Shown: positions 26,105 through 35,290 of the stretch, one piece after another
How the letters are laid out: every line of letters begins with the position of its first letter
How positions within the stretch are numbered: position 1 is the stretch's first letter
From: Parcubacteria group bacterium GW2011_GWA1_56_13
Lineage (GTDB): Bacteria > Patescibacteriota > Minisyncoccia > Phycocordibacterales > Phycocordibacteraceae
Direction of reading: 5' to 3'
Assembly: GCA_001004905.1 (NCBI GenBank)
Contig: LCRY01000002.1
Coordinates: 69,747-107,404 of the forward strand
DNA length: 37,658 bases
Position numbers and translations under genes: made by a program
Notes under the pieces: generated by a model
Told to the model about the DNA's origin: nothing
The model's database searches: none
Seen by the model: only the letters and a program-made list of their open reading frames with translations

Positions 26105-26170
26105 CGCGCGATAGGAGTTCCCGAAAATCTCCCGTCTCGCGGCCGCGTGTGCTATTATCTTTGAACCATC

Positions 26171-26623
26171 ATGGAAATTACGACCGACAGCATCAAACAA
26201 TTGCGCGAAATGACCGGCGTGTCCGTTATGCAGTGCAGGAAAGCGCTCGAGGAAGCGAAAGGCGACGTCGAGAAGGCCGCGCTCGTGCTGCGCAAGCATT
26301 CGGGTGCGTCCGCCCGCAAAAAAGCGGACCGCGAACTCAAAGCAGGCATCGTGGGAAGCTACGTCCACGACGGAACGGTGGGCGCCATGGTTCTGCTTTC
26401 CTGCGAGACCGACTTCGTCGCCAAGAATCCGGAATTCGCCGCGCTCGCGAAGGAATTCGCCATGCAAGTCGCCGCCATGGACCCCGAGAATGAAGAAGAA
26501 CTTTTGGAACAGCCGTTCATCAAAGACGCCGGTAAAACGATGCGCAATCTGCTTGAGGAGGCGACGCAGAAATTCGGCGAGCGTGCCGATGTAAGCCGTT
26601 TCGAGCGTCTTTCCGCCCGCTGA
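26171..26623 (+). CDS. tsf: Elongation factor Ts (short form)
   Basis: IKQLREMTGVSVMQCRKALEE, CETDFVAKN, AMQVAAMDP, LLEQPFIKD; follows rpsB. Confidence 0.95.
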   Translation: MEITTDSIKQLREMTGVSVMQCRKALEEAKGDVEKAALVLRKHSGASARKKADRELKAGIVGSYVHDGTVGAMVLLSCETDFVAKNPEFAALAKEFAMQVAAMDPENEEELLEQPFIKDAGKTMRNLLEEATQKFGERADVSRFERLSAR

Positions 26624-26628
26624 TCCGC

Positions 26629-27051
26629 ATGGCCCATCTTATCTTTATCGTCGCCGCGCTCGGGCTTCTCGCCGGGTTTCTCGCGCTTACGGCCTATGAG
26701 GCGCGGCGTGGGACGCGTTTGTATGCGGCGCAGCGGGCGCGCATGGATGCCAACATCAAGCGCGTAGAATTCATCCTCGCGCATATCGATCTTGCCGAGT
26801 TTATCCGGGGCGAACTGCGGCATCTGGCGAGCCGCGTCGGACATGATATCGTGCACTTCTCGCTGCTCGCGGTGCGTTCGATAGAGCGTCTCCTTACCCG
26901 CCTCGTCCGACGCCTGCGCGCGGATCCCGAGGTCGATGCGGCGCCCCGCGAGACAGCACGGGAATTCGTCAAAACACTTTCCGATTTTAAGGACAACCTG
27001 AAAGTGACACATCCAGAAATACCCAAGATATCCGACAAAGAACTCGATTGA
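26629..27051 (+). CDS. Membrane-anchored hypothetical protein
   Basis: N-terminal TM, ATG 5 nt after tsf, codon usage typical of the window. Confidence 0.7.
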   Translation: MAHLIFIVAALGLLAGFLALTAYEARRGTRLYAAQRARMDANIKRVEFILAHIDLAEFIRGELRHLASRVGHDIVHFSLLAVRSIERLLTRLVRRLRADPEVDAAPRETAREFVKTLSDFKDNLKVTHPEIPKISDKELD

Positions 27052-27057
27052 ACGACC

Positions 27058-27130
27058 GCCGCCTTAGCTCAGTTGGAAGAGCAGCTCACTTGTAATGAGC
27101 AGGTCCCCAGTTCGACTCTGGGAGGCGGCT
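27058..27130 (+). tRNA. tRNA-Thr (anticodon TGT)
   Basis: Acceptor GCCGCCT/AGGCGGC, D-arm GCTC...GAGC, anticodon arm GCTCA-CT-TGT-AA-TGAGC, T-arm CCCAG-TTCGACT-CTGGG. CCA not encoded. Confidence 0.96.
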
Positions 27131-27795
27131 CAAAGAACGGATGTCGAGGTCGCGAGCGCGCCCTTGGGGAATTGCTTCTCAAGGTCGCCCAGAGACGTGA
27201 ATCCGTAGGAGTGTTTGCCGTTGATGACGAACGCGGGAAGCGAATTGCGCACCTTCGTGACCGTGATGAGCGTCCGCAGGGCGCCGAGGTCGAGATTGTA
27301 GTCAAATGAATAGACGCGAAGCGCCGGGTAGGTATTGCGCAGATATGAAAGAGCATATCCCGCCTTGTCGCAGTCGGGACAGTCCCCGGCATTGCTATAG
27401 AAATAGAGCACGGTAACCGGCTTCGTGCCGCAGGCCTCCGCGATCTTCCTTGTCAGGAGGTAATCCCGTATTTCGAGCAGGGAATACTGCTCCTTCAGCC
27501 GTATCACCTGTGCGTCGTCGCTGCCCAGCTGGCCTTCAGCATATGAGAGGCGGTTGCCGAAGTCGGCGAGTTCGCTCGTGAGGGTAGTTGAAGACGCATT
27601 GCTGTCACACGGCGCGGCCTCCAGCAGGGAAAATTGCGTGTCCAGGGAGATGGTATCGATGGACAATTGGTCTTCTATTGCTGAGAGTTCGGCTATGCGT
27701 GCGCGATTGAGATAATTGATACTGTACGCCACCGTGCCGACCAGCACGATGGTAATACCGAGGGCTATGAGCGCGTTGCGGGCGACAAGCGACAT
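27130..27795 (-). CDS. Membrane-anchored protein with a thioredoxin-like CxxC domain
   Basis: N-terminal TM, VLYFYSNAGDCPDC, VYSFD, LPAFVING; ATG at 27795. Confidence 0.75.
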   Translation of the reverse strand: MSLVARNALIALGITIVLVGTVAYSINYLNRARIAELSAIEDQLSIDTISLDTQFSLLEAAPCDSNASSTTLTSELADFGNRLSYAEGQLGSDDAQVIRLKEQYSLLEIRDYLLTRKIAEACGTKPVTVLYFYSNAGDCPDCDKAGYALSYLRNTYPALRVYSFDYNLDLGALRTLITVTKVRNSLPAFVINGKHSYGFTSLGDLEKQFPKGALATSTSVL

Positions 27796-27800
27796 ACAGA

Positions 27801-29039
27801 TCAGTAGCGCCAATTGCGGCGCTTCCCGAACACGACGTCGCTTGTCGCGCGAATGAGCCAGATCGGCACGATAAAACCATAGAGGAACGTATAAGAAATA
27901 AGTCCGAACGCGATATTCCCGGGCGTCTTTGAAATGCGTTTGCCGATGGCGATGAGGGTGATAGACGTAAGCAGTACAACGACCGCGAGGCTCAGGTAGA
28001 AGTTCACGGGGAAGTAGAACCAGTCGAAGGTTCCATGAGGCAGGAGGGCGTAGGAAAGCGGGATGCCGGCCCGGATCTCAAGTGCGGCGATCATGCGCTC
28101 AACGGAGAGGAAGAGCATCAGAAGGAAAAGTCCGATGCCGCTTGATATCGCGACGAGGGCGATCGGGAGCACCAACATGCCGAGCCCGCTATGGCGGCGG
28201 CTGCCGATGAGGCCGCGATATTCGCCCAAGATATTGCGGAGAAAACCGCTCGTCCAGCGTGTACGTTGCTTGACGAGGCCGGTAACGGTCGCGGGTGCCT
28301 GGGTGTACACCCGCGCCTTGGGAGCATTCTCTATCCCGTAGCCCGCCTGCTGGATGCGCAGCGCCATTTCCATGTCTTCGGTCTGATGCCCGTAGCGGAA
28401 TCCACCCAACTTTTCTACGATCTCGCGCCGGTAAAAGGAAAAAGGCCCCGGAGTAACGTAGAGGCCGTTGATGGAGGCGAAGGCGTGACGGAGCGTGATG
28501 CCAAAGGAGTATTCGGCGTTCTGCATATATTGGAGCATATTGCCGGGCCGGTGTACCGACATGGCGGCGGTTGCCGCCATGACCTTCGGGTCGTCAAAGC
28601 ATGCAATTATTTCGCGCAGCGCATCCGGCTCGACGAACGAATCGGCATCAAGGCAACCGACGAGGTGTGCGCGTGTCTGCGCAATGCCGGCGTTCAACGC
28701 CGTATGCTTCCCGCCGTTTTCTTTGCGCACGATGCGCACCTGCGGATGCCCCGCGAAGCGCTGCATCTCCGTCGGCGTCGCGTCGGTCGAACCGTCGTCG
28801 ACCAGGACAACCTCCAGCTTTTCTTTCGGATAATCCAGCGCAAGGAGCGAATTGCAGGTCGCGGCGACCGTCGCGGCCTCGTTCCAGCAGGGCACGATAA
28901 CGGCGACGGACGGAAGTGCTTCGCGTCGCGCCCGCGCGCGCGCCGCGCGCGCGGGCTTGGAGAGCAAGGTAACCAGCACGAACGACTCGAAGAATATCGC
29001 GATGAAAAGAAACGGGTAGGCCAGCATTTCCGGACTCAT
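27801..29039 (-). CDS. Processive GT2 glycosyltransferase (PgaC/IcaA/cellulose synthase-like)
   Basis: VIVPCWNEA, VDDGSTD, NGGKHTALN, LDADS, TEDME, QRTRW, C-terminal TM helices. Confidence 0.92.
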   Translation of the reverse strand: MSPEMLAYPFLFIAIFFESFVLVTLLSKPARAARARARREALPSVAVIVPCWNEAATVAATCNSLLALDYPKEKLEVVLVDDGSTDATPTEMQRFAGHPQVRIVRKENGGKHTALNAGIAQTRAHLVGCLDADSFVEPDALREIIACFDDPKVMAATAAMSVHRPGNMLQYMQNAEYSFGITLRHAFASINGLYVTPGPFSFYRREIVEKLGGFRYGHQTEDMEMALRIQQAGYGIENAPKARVYTQAPATVTGLVKQRTRWTSGFLRNILGEYRGLIGSRRHSGLGMLVLPIALVAISSGIGLFLLMLFLSVERMIAALEIRAGIPLSYALLPHGTFDWFYFPVNFYLSLAVVVLLTSITLIAIGKRISKTPGNIAFGLISYTFLYGFIVPIWLIRATSDVVFGKRRNWRY

Positions 29040-29077
29040 GATGGCGTCACTGTAGCATAATCTGCTATATTTTCACC

Positions 29078-29797
29078 ATGAAGCAGCTGGGCCGCCTCCA
29101 CCCCATCACCATCGCCGTCCGCGAGATGGCGGACATTTTCGGCCGCATGGGATTCGGCGTCGTCCAGGGCCCCGAGCTTGAAACGGAGTGGTACAACTTC
29201 GACGCCCTCAATATCCCCGGCGACCATCCCTCACGCGATATGTGGGACACCTTCTGGATACACACCAAGGAAGGCGAGGAACGCAAAGTCCTGCGCACAC
29301 ACACCTCTCCCGTGCAAATACGCTGGCTCGAAAAGCACGGCGCACCGACGCGCATCATCGTGCCGGGGAAAGTATTCCGCAATGAAGCGACCGATGCCAC
29401 GCACGAGGCGCAGTTCTATCAGCTTGAGGGACTCGTCGTGGATACCGCTGTCACGCTTGCACACCTGAAAGGCACACTGGATCGGTTCTGCAGAGAGTAT
29501 TTCGGCAACGACGCGAAGATACGCCTGCGCCCGAGCTTTTTCCCGTTCACCGAACCCTCGGTCGAGGTGGATGTGTGGTTTCCGGTAGAGCAGAAATGGC
29601 TTGAGGTCATGGGAGCAGGTATGGTCCATCCGAAAGTGCTCCGGAACGCCGACATTGATGCGACAAAGTACCAAGGGTTCGCCTTTGGTCTTGGTGTTGA
29701 GCGTTTCATCATGATCAAGTACGGCATACCGGATGTACGGCTCTTCCATTCCGGAGATATCCGGCTCAACTACGCGTTTGACGAAAAACCGCTATGA
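29078..29797 (+). CDS. pheS: Phenylalanine--tRNA ligase alpha subunit (lacks the N-terminal coiled coil)
   Basis: GRLHPIT, NFDALNIPGDHPSRD, LRTHTSPVQ, DATHEAQFYQLEG, RPSFFPFTEPS, GFAFGLGVER. Confidence 0.97.
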   Translation: MKQLGRLHPITIAVREMADIFGRMGFGVVQGPELETEWYNFDALNIPGDHPSRDMWDTFWIHTKEGEERKVLRTHTSPVQIRWLEKHGAPTRIIVPGKVFRNEATDATHEAQFYQLEGLVVDTAVTLAHLKGTLDRFCREYFGNDAKIRLRPSFFPFTEPSVEVDVWFPVEQKWLEVMGAGMVHPKVLRNADIDATKYQGFAFGLGVERFIMIKYGIPDVRLFHSGDIRLNYAFDEKPL

Positions 29798-31566
29798 AAG
29801 TCTCGTTGAAATGGCTCCAGACGTATTTCGATGCGGCTCTCCCTTCGGCAGAGAAGGTGTGCGATGCGCTTACGTTCCATGCGTTCGAGATAGAAGAAGC
29901 GTCAGACGATATGCTCGACGTAAAGGTGCTGCCGAACCGAGCGGCGGATTGCCTTTCGCACCGCGGCATCGCGAAAGAGCTGTCGGCTATCCTCGACGTG
30001 CCGCTTAAAGACGACCCGCTTCGCGCGCCGCTTCCCGTTCTCCCCCCGACCAGCGAGCTTACGGTCCGTATCGAAGATCCGAAAAAATGCTTGCGGTATA
30101 TGGGCGCGCTCGTGAGCGGAGTAAAGGTAGGCCCGTCGCCCGCGTGGCTTCGAGAAGCGCTTGAGGCGGTCGGCGCGCGCTCGATAAATAACGTCGTGGA
30201 CGCGACCAACTACGTAATGCTCGACATCGGCCAGCCGCTCCATGCGTTTGACGCCGCAAAGCTCGCGCAAAAAGACGGCGCGTATGCCATCAGCGTCCGC
30301 ACCGCCAAAAAAGGCGAGACGATGACCACGCTCTCGGGAGAAGCGTGCGTGTTCACTTCGGAAACGCTCGTCATTGCCGATGCAAACACAGATGTTGCCG
30401 TCGGTATCGCGGGAGTGAAAGGCGGGAAGATGGCGGAGGTCACCTCCGCGACAACCGACCTCGTCATCGAGTCGGCGAATTTTGACGGCACGGTAACCCG
30501 CCGCTCGGCGCAGGCGCTGCGGCTCTTTACCGACGCCTCACAGCGGTTCCAGAACCGTCCGTCGCCGAAACTCGTCGCATACGGCATGCGCGACGTGCTC
30601 GCGCGTATCCAAGACATCGCGGGAGGGAAGGTGGCCGGTGTTGTGGACGTATATCCCGCAAAACCGGAAACAAAATCGGTTTCAGTTACCCTCTCGCACA
30701 TCAACGGCCTTCTCGGCTCCCGCTTTTCAGCGGACGAAGCGTTGGATATTTTTAAACGACTCGGCCTTTCGGCACGGGCGGACGGCGACGGTTTCACCGT
30801 CACGCCTTCTTTCGAGCGCACGGACATCGTCATTCCCGAGGACCTTGTTGAAGAGGTGGGGCGCATCCTCGGGTACGACCGCATTCCCACGACCGAACTG
30901 CCGCCCATCTCCGGCACGCCGGACCAGTCGTGTTACCGGGGCATCGAATTGGTCAAGGACTTTCTCGCAGAACGCGGTTTCTCGGAAATATCAACGCAAT
31001 CATTCGCGAGGAAAGGAGAAATCCAGCTCGCCAATCCACTTGATGTGTCAAAACCGGCGCTGCGGGCAAGTCTCCGCGAAAACATGAAAGAGGCACTTAC
31101 GCGCGCAACACACGTCGCACCACTCATACTCACATCGAACGAAGAACCAAAACTGTTCGAGATAGGAACCGTATTCCGGAAAAACGGTGAGAAAATAGAA
31201 ATAGAAACGTCCGAAACGGTGGCGGACCTGCCGCAGATCGCCAGTGACGCATCGTATGAACCAAAGCAATATCGGCTTGGTGTTTTTAAGCCGTTTTCTG
31301 TATATCCATTCATCGTTCGGGACGTTGCTTTCTGGGCGCCGAGCGAGACGTCGCCAGCCGATATTGAAAAAATACTCCGCGAGAATGCGGGCACATTCCT
31401 CGTTCGTACCGACCAATTCGATCGGTTTGAGAAGGACGGGAGGGTTTCCTATGCTTTCCGGCTCGTGTTCCAATCCAGGGGACGCACGCTGACCGACGAG
31501 GAGATACATGGCGTCATGGACGGAGTTGGAAAAGCGCTTGCCCGGGCCGGCTTTGAGGTCAGATAA
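29794..31566 (+). CDS. pheT: Phenylalanine--tRNA ligase beta subunit (reduced, no B2 domain)
   Basis: MKVSLKWL, PNRAADCLSHRGIAKE, INNVVDATNYVMLDIGQPLHAFD, DLVEEVGRILGYD, FDX-ACB RTLTDEEI. Confidence 0.96.
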   Translation: MKVSLKWLQTYFDAALPSAEKVCDALTFHAFEIEEASDDMLDVKVLPNRAADCLSHRGIAKELSAILDVPLKDDPLRAPLPVLPPTSELTVRIEDPKKCLRYMGALVSGVKVGPSPAWLREALEAVGARSINNVVDATNYVMLDIGQPLHAFDAAKLAQKDGAYAISVRTAKKGETMTTLSGEACVFTSETLVIADANTDVAVGIAGVKGGKMAEVTSATTDLVIESANFDGTVTRRSAQALRLFTDASQRFQNRPSPKLVAYGMRDVLARIQDIAGGKVAGVVDVYPAKPETKSVSVTLSHINGLLGSRFSADEALDIFKRLGLSARADGDGFTVTPSFERTDIVIPEDLVEEVGRILGYDRIPTTELPPISGTPDQSCYRGIELVKDFLAERGFSEISTQSFARKGEIQLANPLDVSKPALRASLRENMKEALTRATHVAPLILTSNEEPKLFEIGTVFRKNGEKIEIETSETVADLPQIASDASYEPKQYRLGVFKPFSVYPFIVRDVAFWAPSETSPADIEKILRENAGTFLVRTDQFDRFEKDGRVSYAFRLVFQSRGRTLTDEEIHGVMDGVGKALARAGFEVR

Positions 31567-31626
31567 TATGCACTTTTCGCCCTCCAAATAGGTGGTTTTT
31601 ATGATAGAATAGGGGCACCCGGAAAC

Positions 31627-33729
31627 ATGGCTAAAATGGCTCAAAACGAGGACAAAAAGCGCGGCGCCAAGGGCGCCGCGGGCCATGCATACGACGCTTC
31701 CTCCATTACCGTTCTTGAGGGTCTCGAACCGGTCCGAAAGCGCCCCGGCATGTACATTGGGACGACGGGTCCCGACGGCCTCCACCACCTCATTAACGAG
31801 ATATTCGACAACGCACGTGACGAGGCGATGGGCGGTTTTGCGGACGAGATAGAGGTCGCGCTCTTGCCCGACGACTACGTGCGCGTCGCCGACAATGGGC
31901 GCGGCATTCCCGTCGGCATCCACCCCAAGACAAAGGTTTCCGCCCTCGAGACCATCATGACGACGCTCCATGCGGGCGGCAAATTCGACCACGAGGCGTA
32001 CAAGGTTTCAGGCGGCCTTCACGGCGTCGGTGCATCGGTCGTGAACGCGCTTTCAGAGCATACGAAAGTGATCGTCCATCAGGACGGCGGAATGCATCTC
32101 CAGGAATACAAGATAGGCAAGCCGGTCGCGCGAGTGAAAAAAGTCGGCTCGTCAAAGGAACATGGCACGGTCGTCATCTTCAAGCCGGATATTGTCATCT
32201 TCAAGGAGGGTATCGAATGGAATTGGGAGAAGATACTCACGCATCTGCGCCAGCAGGCATACTTGGTGAAGGGCGTTCGCATCGGCGTCATTGACGCGCG
32301 CCAAAGCAAAGCAAATGCCATCGGCGAGGTCGAAGGGTTGTTCCTCCATGACCGGAATCTCGACGTACCATCGATGACCTTCTATTTCGAGGGCGGGCTG
32401 AAGTCGCTCGTCGCGTTTTATAACAGCCATCAGGTCCCGGTACATAAGAATATTTTCTATGTTGACCGCGAAACGGACGGCGTTGGTGTCGAGGTCGCCC
32501 TGCAATACGTCGACGACATTACCTCAAGGATCACGGCGTTCGCGAACAACACATATAACAGCGAGGGTGGTACGCATACCACCGGCTTCAAGATGGCGCT
32601 GACCCGTGCGCTCAATACGTACGGCCGCAACGCGAATATCCTGAAAGAGAAAGACGAGAACTTCACGGGCGACGATGTGCTCGAAGGCATTACCGCAGTC
32701 GTCTCGGTCAAGCTTGCCGAGATCCAGTTCGAAGGACAGACGAAAGCCAAGCTCGGCTCGGTAGAAGCGCAGGGCGCCGTCGCGGCGGTGTTCGGCGAGG
32801 CGCTCGCCGCTTTTCTCGAGGAGAACCCGGACGATGCGCGCGCCATTATCAATAAAGTGCTTCTTGCATTGAAAGCCCGCAAGGCGGCGAAAGCGGCGAA
32901 GGATTCGGTATTGCGCAAGGGCGCCCTCGAGGGAATGACCCTTCCCGGGAAGCTCGCCGATTGCCAGACGAAAAGCGCGGAAGAAGCCGAGCTGTTCATC
33001 GTGGAAGGCGACTCGGCCGGCGGCTCGAGCAAGCAGGGTAGGGACCGCAGAACGCAGGCAATCCTCCCGCTTCGCGGGAAGATCCTTAACGTGGAGCGCG
33101 CGCGCATCGACCGCATGCTCGCCTCGGTCGAGATCCGCGCGCTCGTCATCGCCATGGGCACCGCCATCGGCGACGTGTTCGATATTTCAAAACTGCGGTA
33201 TCACAAGATAATCATCGCGACCGATGCCGACGTTGACGGGGCTCACATTAGGACGCTTCTGCTCACGCTTCTTTACCGGCACTTCCGGCCGATTATCGAG
33301 GGCGGCTTCGTCTATATCGCACAACCGCCGCTCTACAAGATCACCAAAGGGAAAGCGCTCGCGTATGCGTACTCCGATAAGGAAAAGGAGGAAGTGCTGA
33401 AAGAACTCGGTGTTGGCGCGGGCGAGAGCGCACCGGTAAGCGAGGATGCGGAAGAGTTTCCCGCCGGAACCGCGGAAAGCGAAATTGCGGAAACGGCCTC
33501 AAAAAAACCGGCGAAAGTGAACATCCAGCGCTATAAAGGCCTCGGCGAAATGAATCCGAGCGAACTCTGGGAAACGACCATGGACCCGACGCGGCGCGTA
33601 CTGAAGCAGGTGCATATCGAGGACGCCGAGGCGGCCGACCGCATTTTTGACATTCTCATGGGCACCGACGTCGCGAGCCGGAAATCTTTTATTCAAAGTA
33701 ACGCAAAGTTGGCCAATCTGGACGTGTAG
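31627..33729 (+). CDS. gyrB: DNA gyrase subunit B
   Basis: VRKRPGMYIG, DNGRGIPV, LHAGGKF, SGGLHGVGASVVNALS, VEGDSAGGS, PLRGKILNV, DADVDGAHI, QRYKGLGEMN. Confidence 0.95.
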   Translation: MAKMAQNEDKKRGAKGAAGHAYDASSITVLEGLEPVRKRPGMYIGTTGPDGLHHLINEIFDNARDEAMGGFADEIEVALLPDDYVRVADNGRGIPVGIHPKTKVSALETIMTTLHAGGKFDHEAYKVSGGLHGVGASVVNALSEHTKVIVHQDGGMHLQEYKIGKPVARVKKVGSSKEHGTVVIFKPDIVIFKEGIEWNWEKILTHLRQQAYLVKGVRIGVIDARQSKANAIGEVEGLFLHDRNLDVPSMTFYFEGGLKSLVAFYNSHQVPVHKNIFYVDRETDGVGVEVALQYVDDITSRITAFANNTYNSEGGTHTTGFKMALTRALNTYGRNANILKEKDENFTGDDVLEGITAVVSVKLAEIQFEGQTKAKLGSVEAQGAVAAVFGEALAAFLEENPDDARAIINKVLLALKARKAAKAAKDSVLRKGALEGMTLPGKLADCQTKSAEEAELFIVEGDSAGGSSKQGRDRRTQAILPLRGKILNVERARIDRMLASVEIRALVIAMGTAIGDVFDISKLRYHKIIIATDADVDGAHIRTLLLTLLYRHFRPIIEGGFVYIAQPPLYKITKGKALAYAYSDKEKEEVLKELGVGAGESAPVSEDAEEFPAGTAESEIAETASKKPAKVNIQRYKGLGEMNPSELWETTMDPTRRVLKQVHIEDAEAADRIFDILMGTDVASRKSFIQSNAKLANLDV

Positions 33730-34443
33730 CTAGAGAACCTGCACATTTGCGGAGGAGGTGTTGTTGCCGGTATTGGATTCCGTGACCGAACCGTCATAAT
33801 TGACCGTGACGGCTATGGTCTGCGTCGAAGCCGTGCGCGCGTCGGTGACCCACGCCACATACGTGGCCTCGGCACCCGGGAGCATGGATTCAAGATTATC
33901 AAACTTTTGATCCTGGCCGGGAACGGAAACGTTCAGATTCCATATCCCGGTCACGTTCGTACCGTTATTTTTTACGTTGAATTTGACCGCAGGTTTATAT
34001 CCGGAAGGGACCGACGCGCTGGGAACGAAGCACTGTTGGGAATCACAGGTGACGTATCCGACCGCACTGATTTGCACCGCAAGGTCAGGAAGGCCGTAGG
34101 GCGCGGGAGGCGCGGGTGCCGTGACAATAGGGTAGGAAGGTTTGCTTGGCTTAGCGGGACTTACTTGGGTCGTGGTGGCAGACGTGGTTGTCGCGGTGCC
34201 AAATGGGATGGTTGTCGAGGCGGTTGGCGTAGGTACGACCGAAAGCGAGGAATCGGGTGCGGGAGTAAGGACCGAGCCGAGATAGACCGCCGCCGCGCCG
34301 ACGCCGTTCACCACCGTCGGCACAAAGCGCGTGGAATAGATAGCAAGCCATACGCCGGCTCCTACGAGCGCGATAAAACCGACCATAGCAAGGCCATTAA
34401 CCGCCGCCTGGCGGGCAGGAGAGATTGGTTGGCTGCCGTTCAT
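33730..34443 (-). CDS. Membrane-anchored protein with a Thr/Pro linker and a CARDB-like Ig domain
   Basis: N-terminal TM, LPDLAV, FNVKNNGT, VTESNTGNN (CARDB-like end). ATG 34443 preferred; 34470 is possible. Confidence 0.72.
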   Translation of the reverse strand: MNGSQPISPARQAAVNGLAMVGFIALVGAGVWLAIYSTRFVPTVVNGVGAAAVYLGSVLTPAPDSSLSVVPTPTASTTIPFGTATTTSATTTQVSPAKPSKPSYPIVTAPAPPAPYGLPDLAVQISAVGYVTCDSQQCFVPSASVPSGYKPAVKFNVKNNGTNVTGIWNLNVSVPGQDQKFDNLESMLPGAEATYVAWVTDARTASTQTIAVTVNYDGSVTESNTGNNTSSANVQVL

Positions 34444-34454
34444 ACGATGCGTCC

Positions 34455-34578
34455 CATATACCATAGACATTTTTCTATGTCAAGTTTTTCGTTCGTTAGC
34501 TTTCCTTACGGAGCCGTGCGCAACACCCCGTCCTTACGGTCTCCAGACCTTGACATTGTCAATAGTATAGTGTATTTA
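34455..34578. promoter_or_regulatory. Probable divergent sigma70-type promoter region
   Basis: Minus strand TTGACA-17nt-TATATG before ATG 34443. Plus strand TTGACA at 34550, within the palindrome TTGACATTGTCAA. Confidence 0.45.
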
Positions 34579-34591
34579 TGGGAAAGACAAT

Positions 34592-35257
34592 ATGGAGAGG
34601 ATTATTGAGGCCATGGCACGGCTTATTCAGGCCGGCAAGCGAATCTATGCGCGGAAGTTGAGCTTCCTCGGGCTCTTCGCTATCGCGTTTTTCGGCAGTG
34701 TCTCGATTCTCGGAGCACTTGGCCTTTTGCCCGATGCGCCACAGGCGCCCTCCGCTCCGGCGATCGTGTCGGAAGACAGCGTGAGCACGAATACTGCATC
34801 TCCGCTCATCGCCGAATTGCCGGTGAGGATAGAAATTCCCAAGATCAAGCTTGCGGCGCCCATCATGAACCCGGCGACGACCGACATTGCGGCCCTGGAC
34901 GCGGAGCTCCTGAAGGGGGCCGTGCACTACCCGACGTCCGCAAAACTCGGCGAAACAGGCAATATCCTTCTCTTCGGCCATTCAAGCTACTTGCCGATCG
35001 TTGGAAATCGGGCGTACAAAACCTTCAACGGCATCCAGAAACTCGCGGCGGGCGACGTTGTAACCGTCTATTCCTCTGATACGGCGTATACCTACCGGGT
35101 GCGGACCGTCGCGAAGGAAAGCGCCAGTGATGCACTCATCCCGCTCGCGGTCACCGGAAGGGTCCTCACGCTCTCGACGTGCGATTCTTTCGGTGCAAAA
35201 ACGGACCGCTTCGTTGTGGTCGCAGATTTTGTTGAAAGCCATCCGATTTCTATCTAG
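34592..35257 (+). CDS. Sortase family protein
   Basis: N-terminal TM, RIEIPKI, GAVHYP, GNILLFGHS (His), LTLSTC (Cys), DRFVVVA (Arg). Confidence 0.93.
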   Translation: MERIIEAMARLIQAGKRIYARKLSFLGLFAIAFFGSVSILGALGLLPDAPQAPSAPAIVSEDSVSTNTASPLIAELPVRIEIPKIKLAAPIMNPATTDIAALDAELLKGAVHYPTSAKLGETGNILLFGHSSYLPIVGNRAYKTFNGIQKLAAGDVVTVYSSDTAYTYRVRTVAKESASDALIPLAVTGRVLTLSTCDSFGAKTDRFVVVADFVESHPISI

Positions 35258-35290
35258 ATAGAGGCCGGATGGCTCTCCGCAAAGGGAGAG

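Noticed and set aside
27058-27132. Genomic island integrated at tRNA-Thr
   Set aside because: No duplicated tRNA 3' end and no integrase seen in the window.
31627-31647. ATGGCTAAA ATGGCTCAA as a third duplicated 5' end (gyrB)
   Set aside because: Only 6 identical nt, in frame, with no insert; too weak to support.
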